From: Verrucomicrobiota bacterium
Lineage (GTDB): Bacteria > Verrucomicrobiota > Verrucomicrobiia > Limisphaerales > UBA11358
Direction of reading: 5' to 3'
DNA: 64,000 nucleotides
Assembly (NCBI GenBank): GCA_050012035.1
Contig: JBEKHY010000012.1
Location: forward strand, 11,110-75,109
The translations under genes were made by a program, and so were the position numbers. Shown here in pieces: positions 1 to 9,964 of the stretch. Position 1 is the stretch's first letter, and the number at the start of each line of letters is the position of its first letter. The notes under the pieces are model-generated. The model searched no databases. It was not told where the DNA came from and was given only the letters and a program-made list of their open reading frames with translations.

Positions 1-474
1 CCAAACGGCTGGATTGGCAGATGGCTTGCGCCGCTCGGTATCCAGGTCGCATTCACCCAACTCGGCGTGTTCATTGCGCTAATGTTCATCGGCTTGCCGT
101 TCATCGTCCGCACCGTGCAACCGGTGCTCGAAGACTTGGACCCGGAAATCGAGGAGGCCGCCGCTAGTCTTGGCGCGAATCGCTGGCAGACGTTCTGGCG
201 CGTCATCCTGCCGATGCTGTATCCGGCGCTGCTGACCGGCTTTTCGCTGGCGTTCGCCCGTGCGTTGGGCGAATACGGCTCGGTCATTTTCATCGCCGGC
301 AACATGCCGATGAAAACCGAAATCACGCCACTGCTTATCGTCACCAAGCTGGAGCAATTTGATTACGCCGGCGCAACAGCGTTGGCGGTGGTGATGCTCG
401 TCGGCTCGTTTGTGGTGTTATTGGCGGTCAATTTGCTTCAATGGCGGAGTGGCCGTCATCTCGCCCAGGTTTGA
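1..474 (+). CDS. cysT: sulfate/thiosulfate ABC transporter permease CysT (5' end outside window)
   Basis: Frame 1 is open from nt 1. The translation ...[51 protein letters not shown] carries the EAA-loop permease motif. It is followed directly by cysW and cysA. Confidence 0.85.
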   Translation, partial: PNGWIGRWLAPLGIQVAFTQLGVFIALMFIGLPFIVRTVQPVLEDLDPEIEEAAASLGANRWQTFWRVILPMLYPALLTGFSLAFARALGEYGSVIFIAGNMPMKTEITPLLIVTKLEQFDYAGATALAVVMLVGSFVVLLAVNLLQWRSGRHLAQV

Positions 475-475
475 T

Positions 476-1369
476 ATGGGCGACACCACCACATTTTTCC
501 GCGCCGCCCGCCCGGGGCCGCATCGCCGGGCGACGGCCGAGTCGCCGTGGGTGCGCTGGTTGCTCATTACCGCCGCGTTGTTAGTTCTCGGAATTTTTCT
601 GGTCGTGCCGCTCGTGTCGGTTTTTGCAGAAGCGCTGGGCAAGGGACTCGGTTTCTATTTCCGCACGTTTGGCAATCCGCTGACGTTAAGCGCCATCAAA
701 TTGACGTTCATCGTGGCCGGCATTTCCGTGCCGTTGAACTGTATTTTCGGCGTGGCGGCGGCGTGGGCGATTGCGAAATTCGATTTTCGCGGCAAAAACC
801 TGCTCATCACGCTGATTGACCTGCCGTTCTCGGTTTCGCCGATAATTGCGGGTTTGATTTACGTGTTGCTGTTTGGTGCGCCCGGACCGTTTTGGGGATG
901 GCTGTACGAGCACAACGTCAAAATCATCTTTGCCGTGCCGGGCATCGTGCTGGCGACAACGTTTGTGACGTTTCCCTTTGTGGCGCGCGAGTTGATTCCG
1001 CTCATGCAGGCGCAGGGCCGCACCGAGGAGGAAGCGGCGCGCGTGCTGGGCGCGAGCGGCTGGCAGACGTTCTGGCGGGTGACGCTGCCGAACATCAAGT
1101 GGGGCCTGCTCTACGGCGTGATTTTGTGCAATGCCCGGGCGATGGGTGAATTCGGCGCGGTGTCGGTTGTGAGCGGCCACATCCGCGGGGTGACGAATAC
1201 CATCCCGCTGCACATCGAGATTCTTTACAATGATTACAACACCACGGGCGCGTTTGCCGTGGCGTCGCTGCTGGCGTTCCTCGGCCTCGTCACGCTGGTG
1301 TTGAAAACCTGGGTGGAACGGAAGAAAGAGGCCGCGTTGCAGGCGGCGGAAACCGATTTGACCGCATGA
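476..1369 (+). CDS. cysW: sulfate ABC transporter permease CysW
   Basis: ORF 410..1369. I chose ATG 476, 2 nt after the cysT stop. It is a multi-TM permease with the loop [22 protein letters not shown]. Its stop overlaps the cysA start (ATGA). Confidence 0.85.
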   Translation: MGDTTTFFRAARPGPHRRATAESPWVRWLLITAALLVLGIFLVVPLVSVFAEALGKGLGFYFRTFGNPLTLSAIKLTFIVAGISVPLNCIFGVAAAWAIAKFDFRGKNLLITLIDLPFSVSPIIAGLIYVLLFGAPGPFWGWLYEHNVKIIFAVPGIVLATTFVTFPFVARELIPLMQAQGRTEEEAARVLGASGWQTFWRVTLPNIKWGLLYGVILCNARAMGEFGAVSVVSGHIRGVTNTIPLHIEILYNDYNTTGAFAVASLLAFLGLVTLVLKTWVERKKEAALQAAETDLTA

Positions 1370-2442
1370 GCGTCGAAGTCCGCAACATCACGAAACGATT
1401 CGGAAACTTCACCGCGCTCGACAACGTGAATCTGAAGATCGAGTCCGGCGAACTCGTCGCCCTGCTCGGGCCGTCCGGTTCGGGCAAGACGACGCTGCTG
1501 CGCATCATTGCCGGTCTGGAATTTCCCGATCCCGGCGCGGGGCAGATTTTGTTTTACGGCGAGGACGTCACGAACGTTCCCGCGAGCGAGCGCAAAGCCA
1601 GTTTCGCGTTCCAGCATTACGCGCTGTTCCGGCACTTGGATGTCTTTGAAAACATCGCGTTCGGTTTGCGCGTGCTGCCGCGCTCGCAGCGGCCGAGGGA
1701 GCCTGAAATCCGCGAGCGCGTCGAAAAGTTGTTGAAGCTCATCCAGCTGGAAACGCTCGGCAGACGTTTCCCGTCGCAGCTTTCCGGCGGCCAGCGCCAG
1801 CGCGTCGCCCTGGCCCGCGCACTCGCCGTCGAGCCGAAGGTGTTGCTGCTCGACGAGCCGTTTGGCGCACTCGACGCGAAGGTGCGCAAGGAATTGCGTC
1901 GCTGGCTCCGACAATTGCACGAGGAAATACCCGTCACCACGCTGTTCGTGACGCACGACCGCGAAGAGGCGCTGGAGGTGGCCGGGCGCGTGGCGGTTTT
2001 GCGCGACGGGCGCATCGAGCAAATCGGCACGCCGGAGCAGATCTACGACCGGCCGGCCTCGGCGTTCGTTTATGATTTTCTCGGCAACGTCAATTTATTT
2101 CATGGCCCGGCCCATGGCGGTTCGGTGAAAATCGGCGACAAGGAATTCGCCGTGACCGAAAAAGGCGGCCCGTCGGAAACCCCCACCGTCGCGTTTGTGC
2201 GCCCACACGACATTCGCCTCAGCCGCGAACCACACGGACAGGCCACGCTGGCCGCGCGCATCATCCGCTGCCACACCGCCGGTCCGTCCGCGCACCTTGA
2301 GCTGCGGCGGCTCGACAACGACGGCTGGTTTGAGGTGGAATTGAGCAAGGAACAATACCATCAATTGCAATTGAAACCGGGTGACCAGGTGTACGTGGAA
2401 TTGCAAAATGTCCGCGTCTTTCCCGAAGATTATTCCATTTGA
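1366..2442 (+). CDS. cysA: sulfate ABC transporter ATP-binding protein CysA
   Basis: Walker [13 protein letters not shown] signature [15 protein letters not shown] and Walker B LLLDEPF are present, with a C-terminal regulatory (TOBE-like) extension. Confidence 0.9.
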   Translation: MSVEVRNITKRFGNFTALDNVNLKIESGELVALLGPSGSGKTTLLRIIAGLEFPDPGAGQILFYGEDVTNVPASERKASFAFQHYALFRHLDVFENIAFGLRVLPRSQRPREPEIRERVEKLLKLIQLETLGRRFPSQLSGGQRQRVALARALAVEPKVLLLDEPFGALDAKVRKELRRWLRQLHEEIPVTTLFVTHDREEALEVAGRVAVLRDGRIEQIGTPEQIYDRPASAFVYDFLGNVNLFHGPAHGGSVKIGDKEFAVTEKGGPSETPTVAFVRPHDIRLSREPHGQATLAARIIRCHTAGPSAHLELRRLDNDGWFEVELSKEQYHQLQLKPGDQVYVELQNVRVFPEDYSI

Positions 2443-2473
2443 ATGTTGCTGAAAATTTTGGGACGCTGGCATT

Positions 2474-2632
2474 ATGAAGCGGCTGTTGGGGAAGTTATTG
2501 TTTCCGAGTCTCCCGCCCGATTTGCAGAGACGCAAGGTCAATATCGCCTTGGCGGTGGTGTTGGTTGGCCTGCTCCTGGGCAGCCTGTTGGCGCTGATGG
2601 CGATCCTCGGCAACCGGGTGGGACCCCGTTGA
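2474..2632 (+). CDS. small hypothetical membrane protein (52 aa)
   Basis: ORF below the track cutoff, found by hand: MKRLLGKLLFPSLPPDLQRRKVNIALAVVLVGLLLGSLLALMAILGNRVGPR. It has one hydrophobic helix and GC3-rich codons like its neighbours. I recognise no homology. Confidence 0.25.
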   Translation: MKRLLGKLLFPSLPPDLQRRKVNIALAVVLVGLLLGSLLALMAILGNRVGPR

Positions 2633-3033
2633 GCCGTTTCCGCAGGCGTTGCGAAAGCCGGCTCGCCGAGCCGCAGTTTGAAAAGCATCCCTGCTGCAGG
2701 TTGCGGCCAGTCTTCTCCCGTTTTCCAGTCTTCGCTCTGCTCGGGCGCTTCAGAACGAAGACTGGGGCGCCCGACGGAATTTGAACCTGCGTCCCGCGCG
2801 CGGAGTTTGAGCAACCCGGCAGGCCAGCCACACTACTGCTTGGGGATCCGAAGCAGCACTGGTGGCTGAAGGGGGCGGTGGTGTTGAGGCCTTGAGCCGC
2901 CACTGCAATCTCCCGGCTTGGCGCGGGTGGCTGGCTTTTGCTAGACTCGCCACTGAAATGGTCGCTTGGAATCTCCAGCGCGCGGGGCAACGTCTCCGCA
3001 GGATTCGTAACGCCGCAGGGCTGCTGCTGCCAC

Positions 3034-3175
3034 GGATCACTGATTACTGTTCACTGATTACTGATCCCCGGCCTCTGCCGTTTCTGCGTCCCTCATTCGA
3101 TGTTGGATGTTCGGTGTTGGGTGTTCGATGTTTCCCGCCGCCCCTCGCCCCTCGCCCCTTGTCCCCCGTCACTCC
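3034..3175. repeat. three adjacent degenerate heptanucleotide arrays
   Basis: 3034-3068 reads GGATCAC TGATTAC TGTTCAC TGATTAC TGATCCC. 3094-3135 reads CATTCGA TGTTGGA TGTTCGG TGTTGGG TGTTCGA TGTTTCC. 3136-3175 reads CGCCGCC CCTCGCC CCTCGCC CCTTGTC CCCCGTC ACTCC. The last array ends 1 nt before ATG 3176. Confidence 0.85.
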
Positions 3176-5380
3176 ATGAGCTGGGTCACCATCATCTGGT
3201 CCATGATCGCGTCCGCGTGTCTGACGCTGGCGGCGGTGTATTTGCTGGTGTGGTGCAAACAGCGCACGGCGTGGGCCAGTCTGCTCTTTTCCCTGACGGC
3301 GATGGCGACGGCCGCCATGGCGTTTTGTGAGCTGGAGATGATGCGGGCGGAGACACCCGGACAATTCGGCACGGCGCTGCGTTGGATCCACGTGGCGGCC
3401 TTTGTGGTCATTGTCTCGCTGATCGGCTTCGTGCTGTTCTATATGCGGGCCGGGCGGCCGTGGCTTGCCTGGACCGTCTGCACTCTGCGGACTTTCTCGC
3501 TCCTGCTCAATTTTCTGACGGGGCAGAATCTCAACTATCGCGAGGTGACCGGGCTGCGGCATGTCCCGTTCCTCGGCGAATCGGTCTCGGTCGGCGAAGG
3601 GGTGTCGAATCCGTGGATGCTCGTCGGTCAGTTGAGCCTGTTGTTATTTGTGGTTTTCGTCGCCGACGCCACGATCACCGTCTGGCGGCGCGGTGACCGG
3701 CGACAAGTGCTGGTATTGGGTGGCAGCATTGTGTTCTTCGTGCTGGCCACCACCGTGCAGTCCGTGCTGGCGCTCTGGCAAATCGTTCACGCGCCGATCA
3801 CCCCGAGCTTGTTCTACATGAGCATCGTGGCGGCGATGGCCTTCGAAATGAGCCGTGTGGCGTTGCGCTCGGCGCAGTTGTCGGACGACCTCCGTGAGAG
3901 CGAAGAGCGGATGACCCTGGCTGCGGAGGCGGCGGGGATTGGCGTTTGGATGTGGAACATCGCGCGCAACCAGATCTGGGGCTCGGAGAGGTGGCTCCGC
4001 CTGTTCGGGTTCGAACCCGGTGCGGCCGTCAGCTTTGAAATGCTCGTCCAGCGAGTCCATCCGGACGACCGCGAGAGGGTGGAGCGCGAGGTGCGGCGCG
4101 CGTTGGAGGACCGGAGCGATTACATGGCGGATTACCGTGTGGTTTTGCCCGACGGCACCCAACGCTGGATCGCGGCCCGGGGACGGATGTACCCGGGCAC
4201 GCACGAGAAGCCGGCCCGGATGCTGAGCGCGACGATTGACATCACCGAGCGCAAGCGCACGGAAGAGGCCCTGCAAAATTCAGAAGAGAAATTCCGGCAA
4301 TTCTTTAAAAATACCCCTGACTACTGCTATATCATTTCAACGGAGGGGAATATTCTTCACGTAAATGAAGCGGCCCTTAAAACCCTTGGGTACAAGCGAG
4401 AGGAACTCGTCGGCCAGCCCCTGGCGAGGATCTATGCACCTGAGTCCGTGGCCAGGATGGAAGACCTCCTTAACCGGTGGAAAGAGAGCGGGCAGATCCG
4501 AGACGAAGAAATGGTGATCGTCACCAGGAAGGGCGAGCGACGCGTCGTTATTCTCAATGTTGGCGCGGTGAAGGATAAAGACGGAATGATCCTGCATTCG
4601 ACATCGGTGCAAACGGATATCACCGGGCGCAAACAGGCGGAGCTGGAGATCGTGCAACAGCGCAACGAACTGGCCCATGTCGGTCGCGTGTCCACGATCA
4701 GCCAACTGGCCTCCACGCTGGCTCATGAGTTGAACCAGCCGCTGGGCGCCATCCTGCGAAATGCGGAGGCCGCCGAACTTTTCCTGCAGAGTGACCCGCC
4801 GGACCTGGAGGAAGTGCGCGCCATCCTTGCCGACATCCGCAAGGATGACCAGCGCGCGGGTGAAGTCATTGATCGCATGCGGGCGCTCCTCAAACGGCGC
4901 GGACTGGAGCACACCACGCTGGACATCGTGGAGTTGGTGGAAGACGTCGTGCCCTTGGTCCATCCCGACGCGGTGAGCCGCAGGGTGAGGCTGGACATCG
5001 AAGTCCCTAGGAATCTGCCGCCGGTGCGCGGCGATCGCGTGCATTTGCAGCAGGTGCTGCTCAATCTCATCCTCAACGGCATGGACGCGATGGGCGAAGT
5101 TCCGGCCGAGGCTCGCCGCCTGACAGTGCGTGCCCGGCAGGCGGATGCCGGGACCATTGAGGTGGCGATCGCCGACGCGGGTCACGGCGTCCCCGCCGAG
5201 AAATTCGCGCGCCTCTTCGAGCCGTTCTTCACGACCAAACCCAATGGCATGGGCTTGGGGCTGCCCATCTCTTCCACCATCATCGAAGCGCACGGTGGCC
5301 GGATTTGGGCTGAAAACAGCTCCGCCGGGGCCACGTTCTACTTCACCGTGCCGGTGACAACGGAGAGAGTTGCATCATGA
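3176..5380 (+). CDS. sensor histidine kinase (multi-TM N-terminal sensor, 2 PAS, HisKA, HATPase_c)
   Basis: ORF 3107..5380. I chose ATG 3176 (MSWVTIIWSM...) because the upstream codons are repeat-derived. The H-box is LAHELNQPLGAI and the G-boxes are DAGHGVP / GMGLGLPIS. PAS S-box segments are present. The stop overlaps the response-regulator start. Confidence 0.85.
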   Translation: MSWVTIIWSMIASACLTLAAVYLLVWCKQRTAWASLLFSLTAMATAAMAFCELEMMRAETPGQFGTALRWIHVAAFVVIVSLIGFVLFYMRAGRPWLAWTVCTLRTFSLLLNFLTGQNLNYREVTGLRHVPFLGESVSVGEGVSNPWMLVGQLSLLLFVVFVADATITVWRRGDRRQVLVLGGSIVFFVLATTVQSVLALWQIVHAPITPSLFYMSIVAAMAFEMSRVALRSAQLSDDLRESEERMTLAAEAAGIGVWMWNIARNQIWGSERWLRLFGFEPGAAVSFEMLVQRVHPDDRERVEREVRRALEDRSDYMADYRVVLPDGTQRWIAARGRMYPGTHEKPARMLSATIDITERKRTEEALQNSEEKFRQFFKNTPDYCYIISTEGNILHVNEAALKTLGYKREELVGQPLARIYAPESVARMEDLLNRWKESGQIRDEEMVIVTRKGERRVVILNVGAVKDKDGMILHSTSVQTDITGRKQAELEIVQQRNELAHVGRVSTISQLASTLAHELNQPLGAILRNAEAAELFLQSDPPDLEEVRAILADIRKDDQRAGEVIDRMRALLKRRGLEHTTLDIVELVEDVVPLVHPDAVSRRVRLDIEVPRNLPPVRGDRVHLQQVLLNLILNGMDAMGEVPAEARRLTVRARQADAGTIEVAIADAGHGVPAEKFARLFEPFFTTKPNGMGLGLPISSTIIEAHGGRIWAENSSAGATFYFTVPVTTERVAS

Positions 5381-6018
5381 GTGCGCACACGCCGACGGTT
5401 TTCATTGTGGACGACGACGCTTCATTTCTGGCAGCCGTGTCGCGGTTGCTGCGGGCGACGGGGCATCCGGTGAAAACTTTTTCATCGGCCGCCGAGTTTC
5501 TGAAATACCTACCGGCCGCCGGCCCAGGTTGCGTGGTGGCGGATCTGCAGATGCCGGGCTTGAGCGGCTTGGATCTGCAGGCGGCGTTGGCCAGAACCAA
5601 CAACCCTTTGCCGGTGCTTTTTCTCACCGGTCATGGCGACATTCCCACCTCGGTTCGCGCGATGCGCCAGGGCGCGGAGGATTTCCTTACCAAGCGCGCG
5701 CCCAAGGAGAAGTTGCTCGACGCCGTGAACCGCGCGCTTGCCCGTGATGCGCGTGAACGAGCCGCGCGCACGCGGGTTCAGGCGTTGCGCGCCCGCTTTG
5801 ACACGCTCACGGAACGCGAGCGCGAGGTGTTGCAGCACGTCATTCGCGGCCAAATGAACAAGCAGATTGCGGCGGACCTTGGCATCCATGAACGCACCGT
5901 GAAACTCCACCGCACCGCCATCACGACCAAGCTGGGAGTGCCGTCCGTGGCGGAACTGACCCGGCTCGCCCAGGAAGCGGGGCTGAGTGGCGAGTGGCAG
6001 GTGGCAAGTGGCAAGTGA
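5377..6018 (+). CDS. response regulator, REC + LuxR/FixJ-type HTH
   Basis: Receiver domain (VFIVDDD...DLQMPGLSGLDL...LTGHGD) plus HTH (LTEREREVLQHVIRGQMNKQIAADLGIHERTVKLHR). The last 10 codons and the TGA stop lie inside a heptad array. Confidence 0.9.
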   Translation: MSAHTPTVFIVDDDASFLAAVSRLLRATGHPVKTFSSAAEFLKYLPAAGPGCVVADLQMPGLSGLDLQAALARTNNPLPVLFLTGHGDIPTSVRAMRQGAEDFLTKRAPKEKLLDAVNRALARDARERAARTRVQALRARFDTLTEREREVLQHVIRGQMNKQIAADLGIHERTVKLHRTAITTKLGVPSVAELTRLAQEAGLSGEWQVASGK

Positions 6019-6113
6019 CGGGGAGAAACGCCACCCGCCACCGCCTTCAAGCTGCTCCCACCCTTCGGTATTTCCCGCCTCGCCACTCGCCACCCGCCAC
6101 TCGTCACTTCCCC
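5985..6113. repeat. inverted pair of heptad arrays (RRGTGRC x5 ... CGCCACY x5)
   Basis: 5985-6019 reads GAGTGGC GAGTGGC AGGTGGC AAGTGGC AAGTGAC. 6074-6113 reads CCCGCCT CGCCACT CGCCACC CGCCACT CGTCACT TCCCC. The two arms are imperfectly complementary. Confidence 0.85.
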
Positions 6114-6177
6114 GACCTTCCCCAAAGGGCAGTAGCCGCCCGACCGCACCCCAGCCTACGCTGCTCATTCATTCCTT

Positions 6178-6567
6178 ATGAGCAGCACCCGCCAAACCTA
6201 CGTGGCTGTCGTTGATGATGACGAGAGCCTGTGCCGTTCCCTTGGCCGCCTGCTCCGGGCGGCGGGGATTCAGCCGGTCACCTATCCTTCCGCCGAGGCC
6301 TTCCTCGCCGACACCAAGCGGCCCCGGTTTGACTGCCTGGTGTTCGATATCCAATTGGACGGCATGTCCGGCATCGAACTGCACCGGCAACTCAACGCGT
6401 CCGGCTCGACGATCCCCGTCATTTACATTACCGCGTACGACGAACCCGCGACCCGCGAAGAAGCCCAAGCCGCAGGTTGCGCCGCTTACTTCCGCAAGAC
6501 CGCCCCCGGCGAAGACGTGCTCCAAGCCATCCGCCGCGCGGCGAACCTGAAGGAAGACCGGACATGA
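6178..6567 (+). CDS. single-domain response regulator (REC only)
   Basis: 129 aa. VAVVDDDESL...DIQLDGMSGIEL...ITAYDE is a receiver fold with no output domain. Confidence 0.85.
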   Translation: MSSTRQTYVAVVDDDESLCRSLGRLLRAAGIQPVTYPSAEAFLADTKRPRFDCLVFDIQLDGMSGIELHRQLNASGSTIPVIYITAYDEPATREEAQAAGCAAYFRKTAPGEDVLQAIRRAANLKEDRT

Positions 6568-6601
6568 AGGCCAATTCGCCCAGTAAACAGTAAACAACAC
6601 C

Positions 6602-7456
6602 ATGAAATCAAAACTCATCCTCCTCGCACTCGCCTCCGGGCTGGCGCTCGCCACCACTGCGCTGTTCGCACAGGACGCGGCGGCCGACGACAAAGCCGCC
6701 GCCGAACTGGCCAAGAAACTCGCGAACCCCGTCGCCAGCCTCATCAGCGTGCCCATCCAGAACAACTGGGACTTTGGCATCGGCCCGGCCAACGCCATGC
6801 GTTTCACGGCCAACATCCAGCCCGTGATTCCATTTTCGCTGAACACGAACTGGAATCTCATCACGCGCACCATTGTGCCGGTCATCTACGCCCAAGCACC
6901 GGTCAAGGGCGGCACCGACCAGTCCGGCCTCGGTGACATTGTGCAGAGCCTTTGGCTCTCGCCCAAAGCGCCGACGGGCAGCGGCTGGATTTGGGGCGCG
7001 GGCGCGGTGCTGCTTTATCCCAGCGGCACGGATGGCTTGAGCGGGCGCCACTGGGGCGCGGGACCGACGGCGCTCGCATTGAAGCAGCAGAACGGCTGGA
7101 CTTACGGTGCGCTGGTCAACCATCTTTGGTCCTACGCGCAGACCGGCGGCCACGGCTCGTCCGATGCCGGCGATGCCAGCGACGGCAGCGATGCCGGCAT
7201 CAACGCCACCTTCCTCCAGCCGTTCGTCTCCTACAGCACCAAGACTTTCACCACCTTCGGGTTGAACACCGAGTCCACCTACGACTGGTCGCACAGCCAG
7301 TGGACCGTGCCCTTGAACGCGAGCGTCAGCCAGCTCGTCAAGCTCGGCGGCAAGCCTGTGCAGTTCCAACTCGGCGTGAAGTATTACGCCGAGAAGCCCG
7401 ACGGTGGGCCGGACTGGGGCCTCCGCTTCACCGTCACGTTCCTGTTTCCGAAATGA
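6602..7456 (+). CDS. exported protein, putative outer-membrane beta-barrel/transporter-like (unknown function)
   Basis: Signal peptide MKSKLILLALASGLALATTALFA. The LANPVASLISVPIQNNWDFGIG...IQPVIPFSL pattern is one I recall from MetA-pathway/outer-membrane transporter-like proteins. Not verified. Confidence 0.5.
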   Translation: MKSKLILLALASGLALATTALFAQDAAADDKAAAELAKKLANPVASLISVPIQNNWDFGIGPANAMRFTANIQPVIPFSLNTNWNLITRTIVPVIYAQAPVKGGTDQSGLGDIVQSLWLSPKAPTGSGWIWGAGAVLLYPSGTDGLSGRHWGAGPTALALKQQNGWTYGALVNHLWSYAQTGGHGSSDAGDASDGSDAGINATFLQPFVSYSTKTFTTFGLNTESTYDWSHSQWTVPLNASVSQLVKLGGKPVQFQLGVKYYAEKPDGGPDWGLRFTVTFLFPK

Positions 7457-7462
7457 AAGAAC

Positions 7463-7517
7463 AGATAACTGATTACTGACCACCGACCACTCACCACCAC
7501 CACTGATTACTTAATCT
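7463..7517. repeat. heptad array (YGAYYAC-type) directly upstream of a start codon
   Basis: AGATAAC TGATTAC TGACCAC CGACCAC TCACCAC (CACCAC) TGATTAC TTAATCT. It ends at the ATG at 7518. Confidence 0.8.
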
Positions 7518-8126
7518 ATGAAAACGAAAATCTCAACTCTGGGCCTCGCGGCACTCCTGCCGGTGGCCATCCTGACCTTCAGTTCCTGCACTACCGAACA
7601 CCAAGTTACTAAAGGCCCTGACGTGATCGCGTTTCAGACCGGTGTCCCCGGCGGGGTCATGGTGAATACCTACAAGGAAACCGCCACGGTGACGGCCATT
7701 GACCCGGCCACCCACAAAGTGACGCTCGTCACCAAGGACGGCACCCAGACCACCGTCAAAGCCGGACCGGAGGTCGCCAATTTCGCGCAGATCGAAGTGG
7801 GCGATCAGGTCAAGGCCACCGTGACAGACAAGCTGTTGATCTTTGTGCCCAAGCCGGGGGAATCGGCGGTCGATCAGGCCGCCAGTGCAGTTGCCCTGGC
7901 TCCGCTGGGCGAAAAACCCGGCGGCACGATGGCCGAAACCACCCAGTTCACCACCAAGGTCACGGCCGTGGATTTGAAGCACCACACAGCCACGCTCCAA
8001 TTGCCGGATGGCACCAGCAAAACCTTCAATGTCCGCCCGGACGTGGAGTTGACGAAAGAAACCGTGGGCGTGGACGTGGTGATCCGCACCACCCAGGCCG
8101 TCGCCATTTCAGTGGAGAAACCGTGA
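7518..8126 (+). CDS. lipoprotein, unknown function
   Basis: Signal peptide with lipobox LTFSSC. 202 aa, with no recognisable domain. Confidence 0.6.
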   Translation: MKTKISTLGLAALLPVAILTFSSCTTEHQVTKGPDVIAFQTGVPGGVMVNTYKETATVTAIDPATHKVTLVTKDGTQTTVKAGPEVANFAQIEVGDQVKATVTDKLLIFVPKPGESAVDQAASAVALAPLGEKPGGTMAETTQFTTKVTAVDLKHHTATLQLPDGTSKTFNVRPDVELTKETVGVDVVIRTTQAVAISVEKP

Positions 8127-8141
8127 TGAAAAACCGGATTC

Positions 8142-8161
8142 AATCCCGATGCGTCGGGATT
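8142..8161 (+). terminator. stem-loop downstream of the lipoprotein gene
   Basis: AATCCCGA-TGCG-TCGGGATT is a perfect 8-bp stem 15 nt after the stop. No U-tract follows, so it is only a weak terminator candidate. Confidence 0.3.
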
Positions 8162-8246
8162 CAAGTTCCGAAAATCAATTTGCCCGGCGCTGAATGAGTC
8201 GAACCGCGCGACGGACAGAAAAAAGAAACAAGACAACAAAACATAT

Positions 8247-9872
<1,626 letters not shown>

Positions 9873-9882
9873 CGCCACGCTT

Positions 9883-9936
9883 GTGAAACACGCGGGCTGG
9901 CCGGGTGGCTGGCCCGCGACTTCACCAGCGAAGCAA
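9883..9936. repeat. REP-like element, copy 1 (GTGAAACACGCGGGCTGG...GGCCCGCGACTTCACCAGCGAAGCAAA)
   Basis: It shares both termini with the copy at 11637-11705. The internal stem is CGCGGGC...GCCCGCG. It begins 11 nt after the sulfatase stop. Confidence 0.8.
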
Positions 9937-9964
9937 AATATTCGTTGGCAACAAAACTAAAACC

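Noticed and set aside
2764-2850. Minus-strand tRNA (Leu-CAA or Sec), suggested by a TTCAAAT T-loop box and a CTCAAAC loop.
   Set aside because: The flanks of the candidate anticodon loop (GGTTG/TCCGC) do not pair, and no D arm or acceptor pairing can be drawn.
2764-3150. Possible minus-strand tmRNA. The length is about 380 nt, the 3' end reads GGAC-GCAGG-TTCAAAT-TCCGT-...GCGCCCCA, and the 5' candidate reads GGGGCGG...ATCGAAC.
   Set aside because: There is no G3-U70 pair in the putative acceptor stem. The T stem has a mismatch plus two G-U pairs. No frame contains a tag ORF ending in a hydrophobic ..AA-stop. The 5' candidate lies inside a heptad array, so the resemblance is probably fortuitous. 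Only a cmsearch could settle this.
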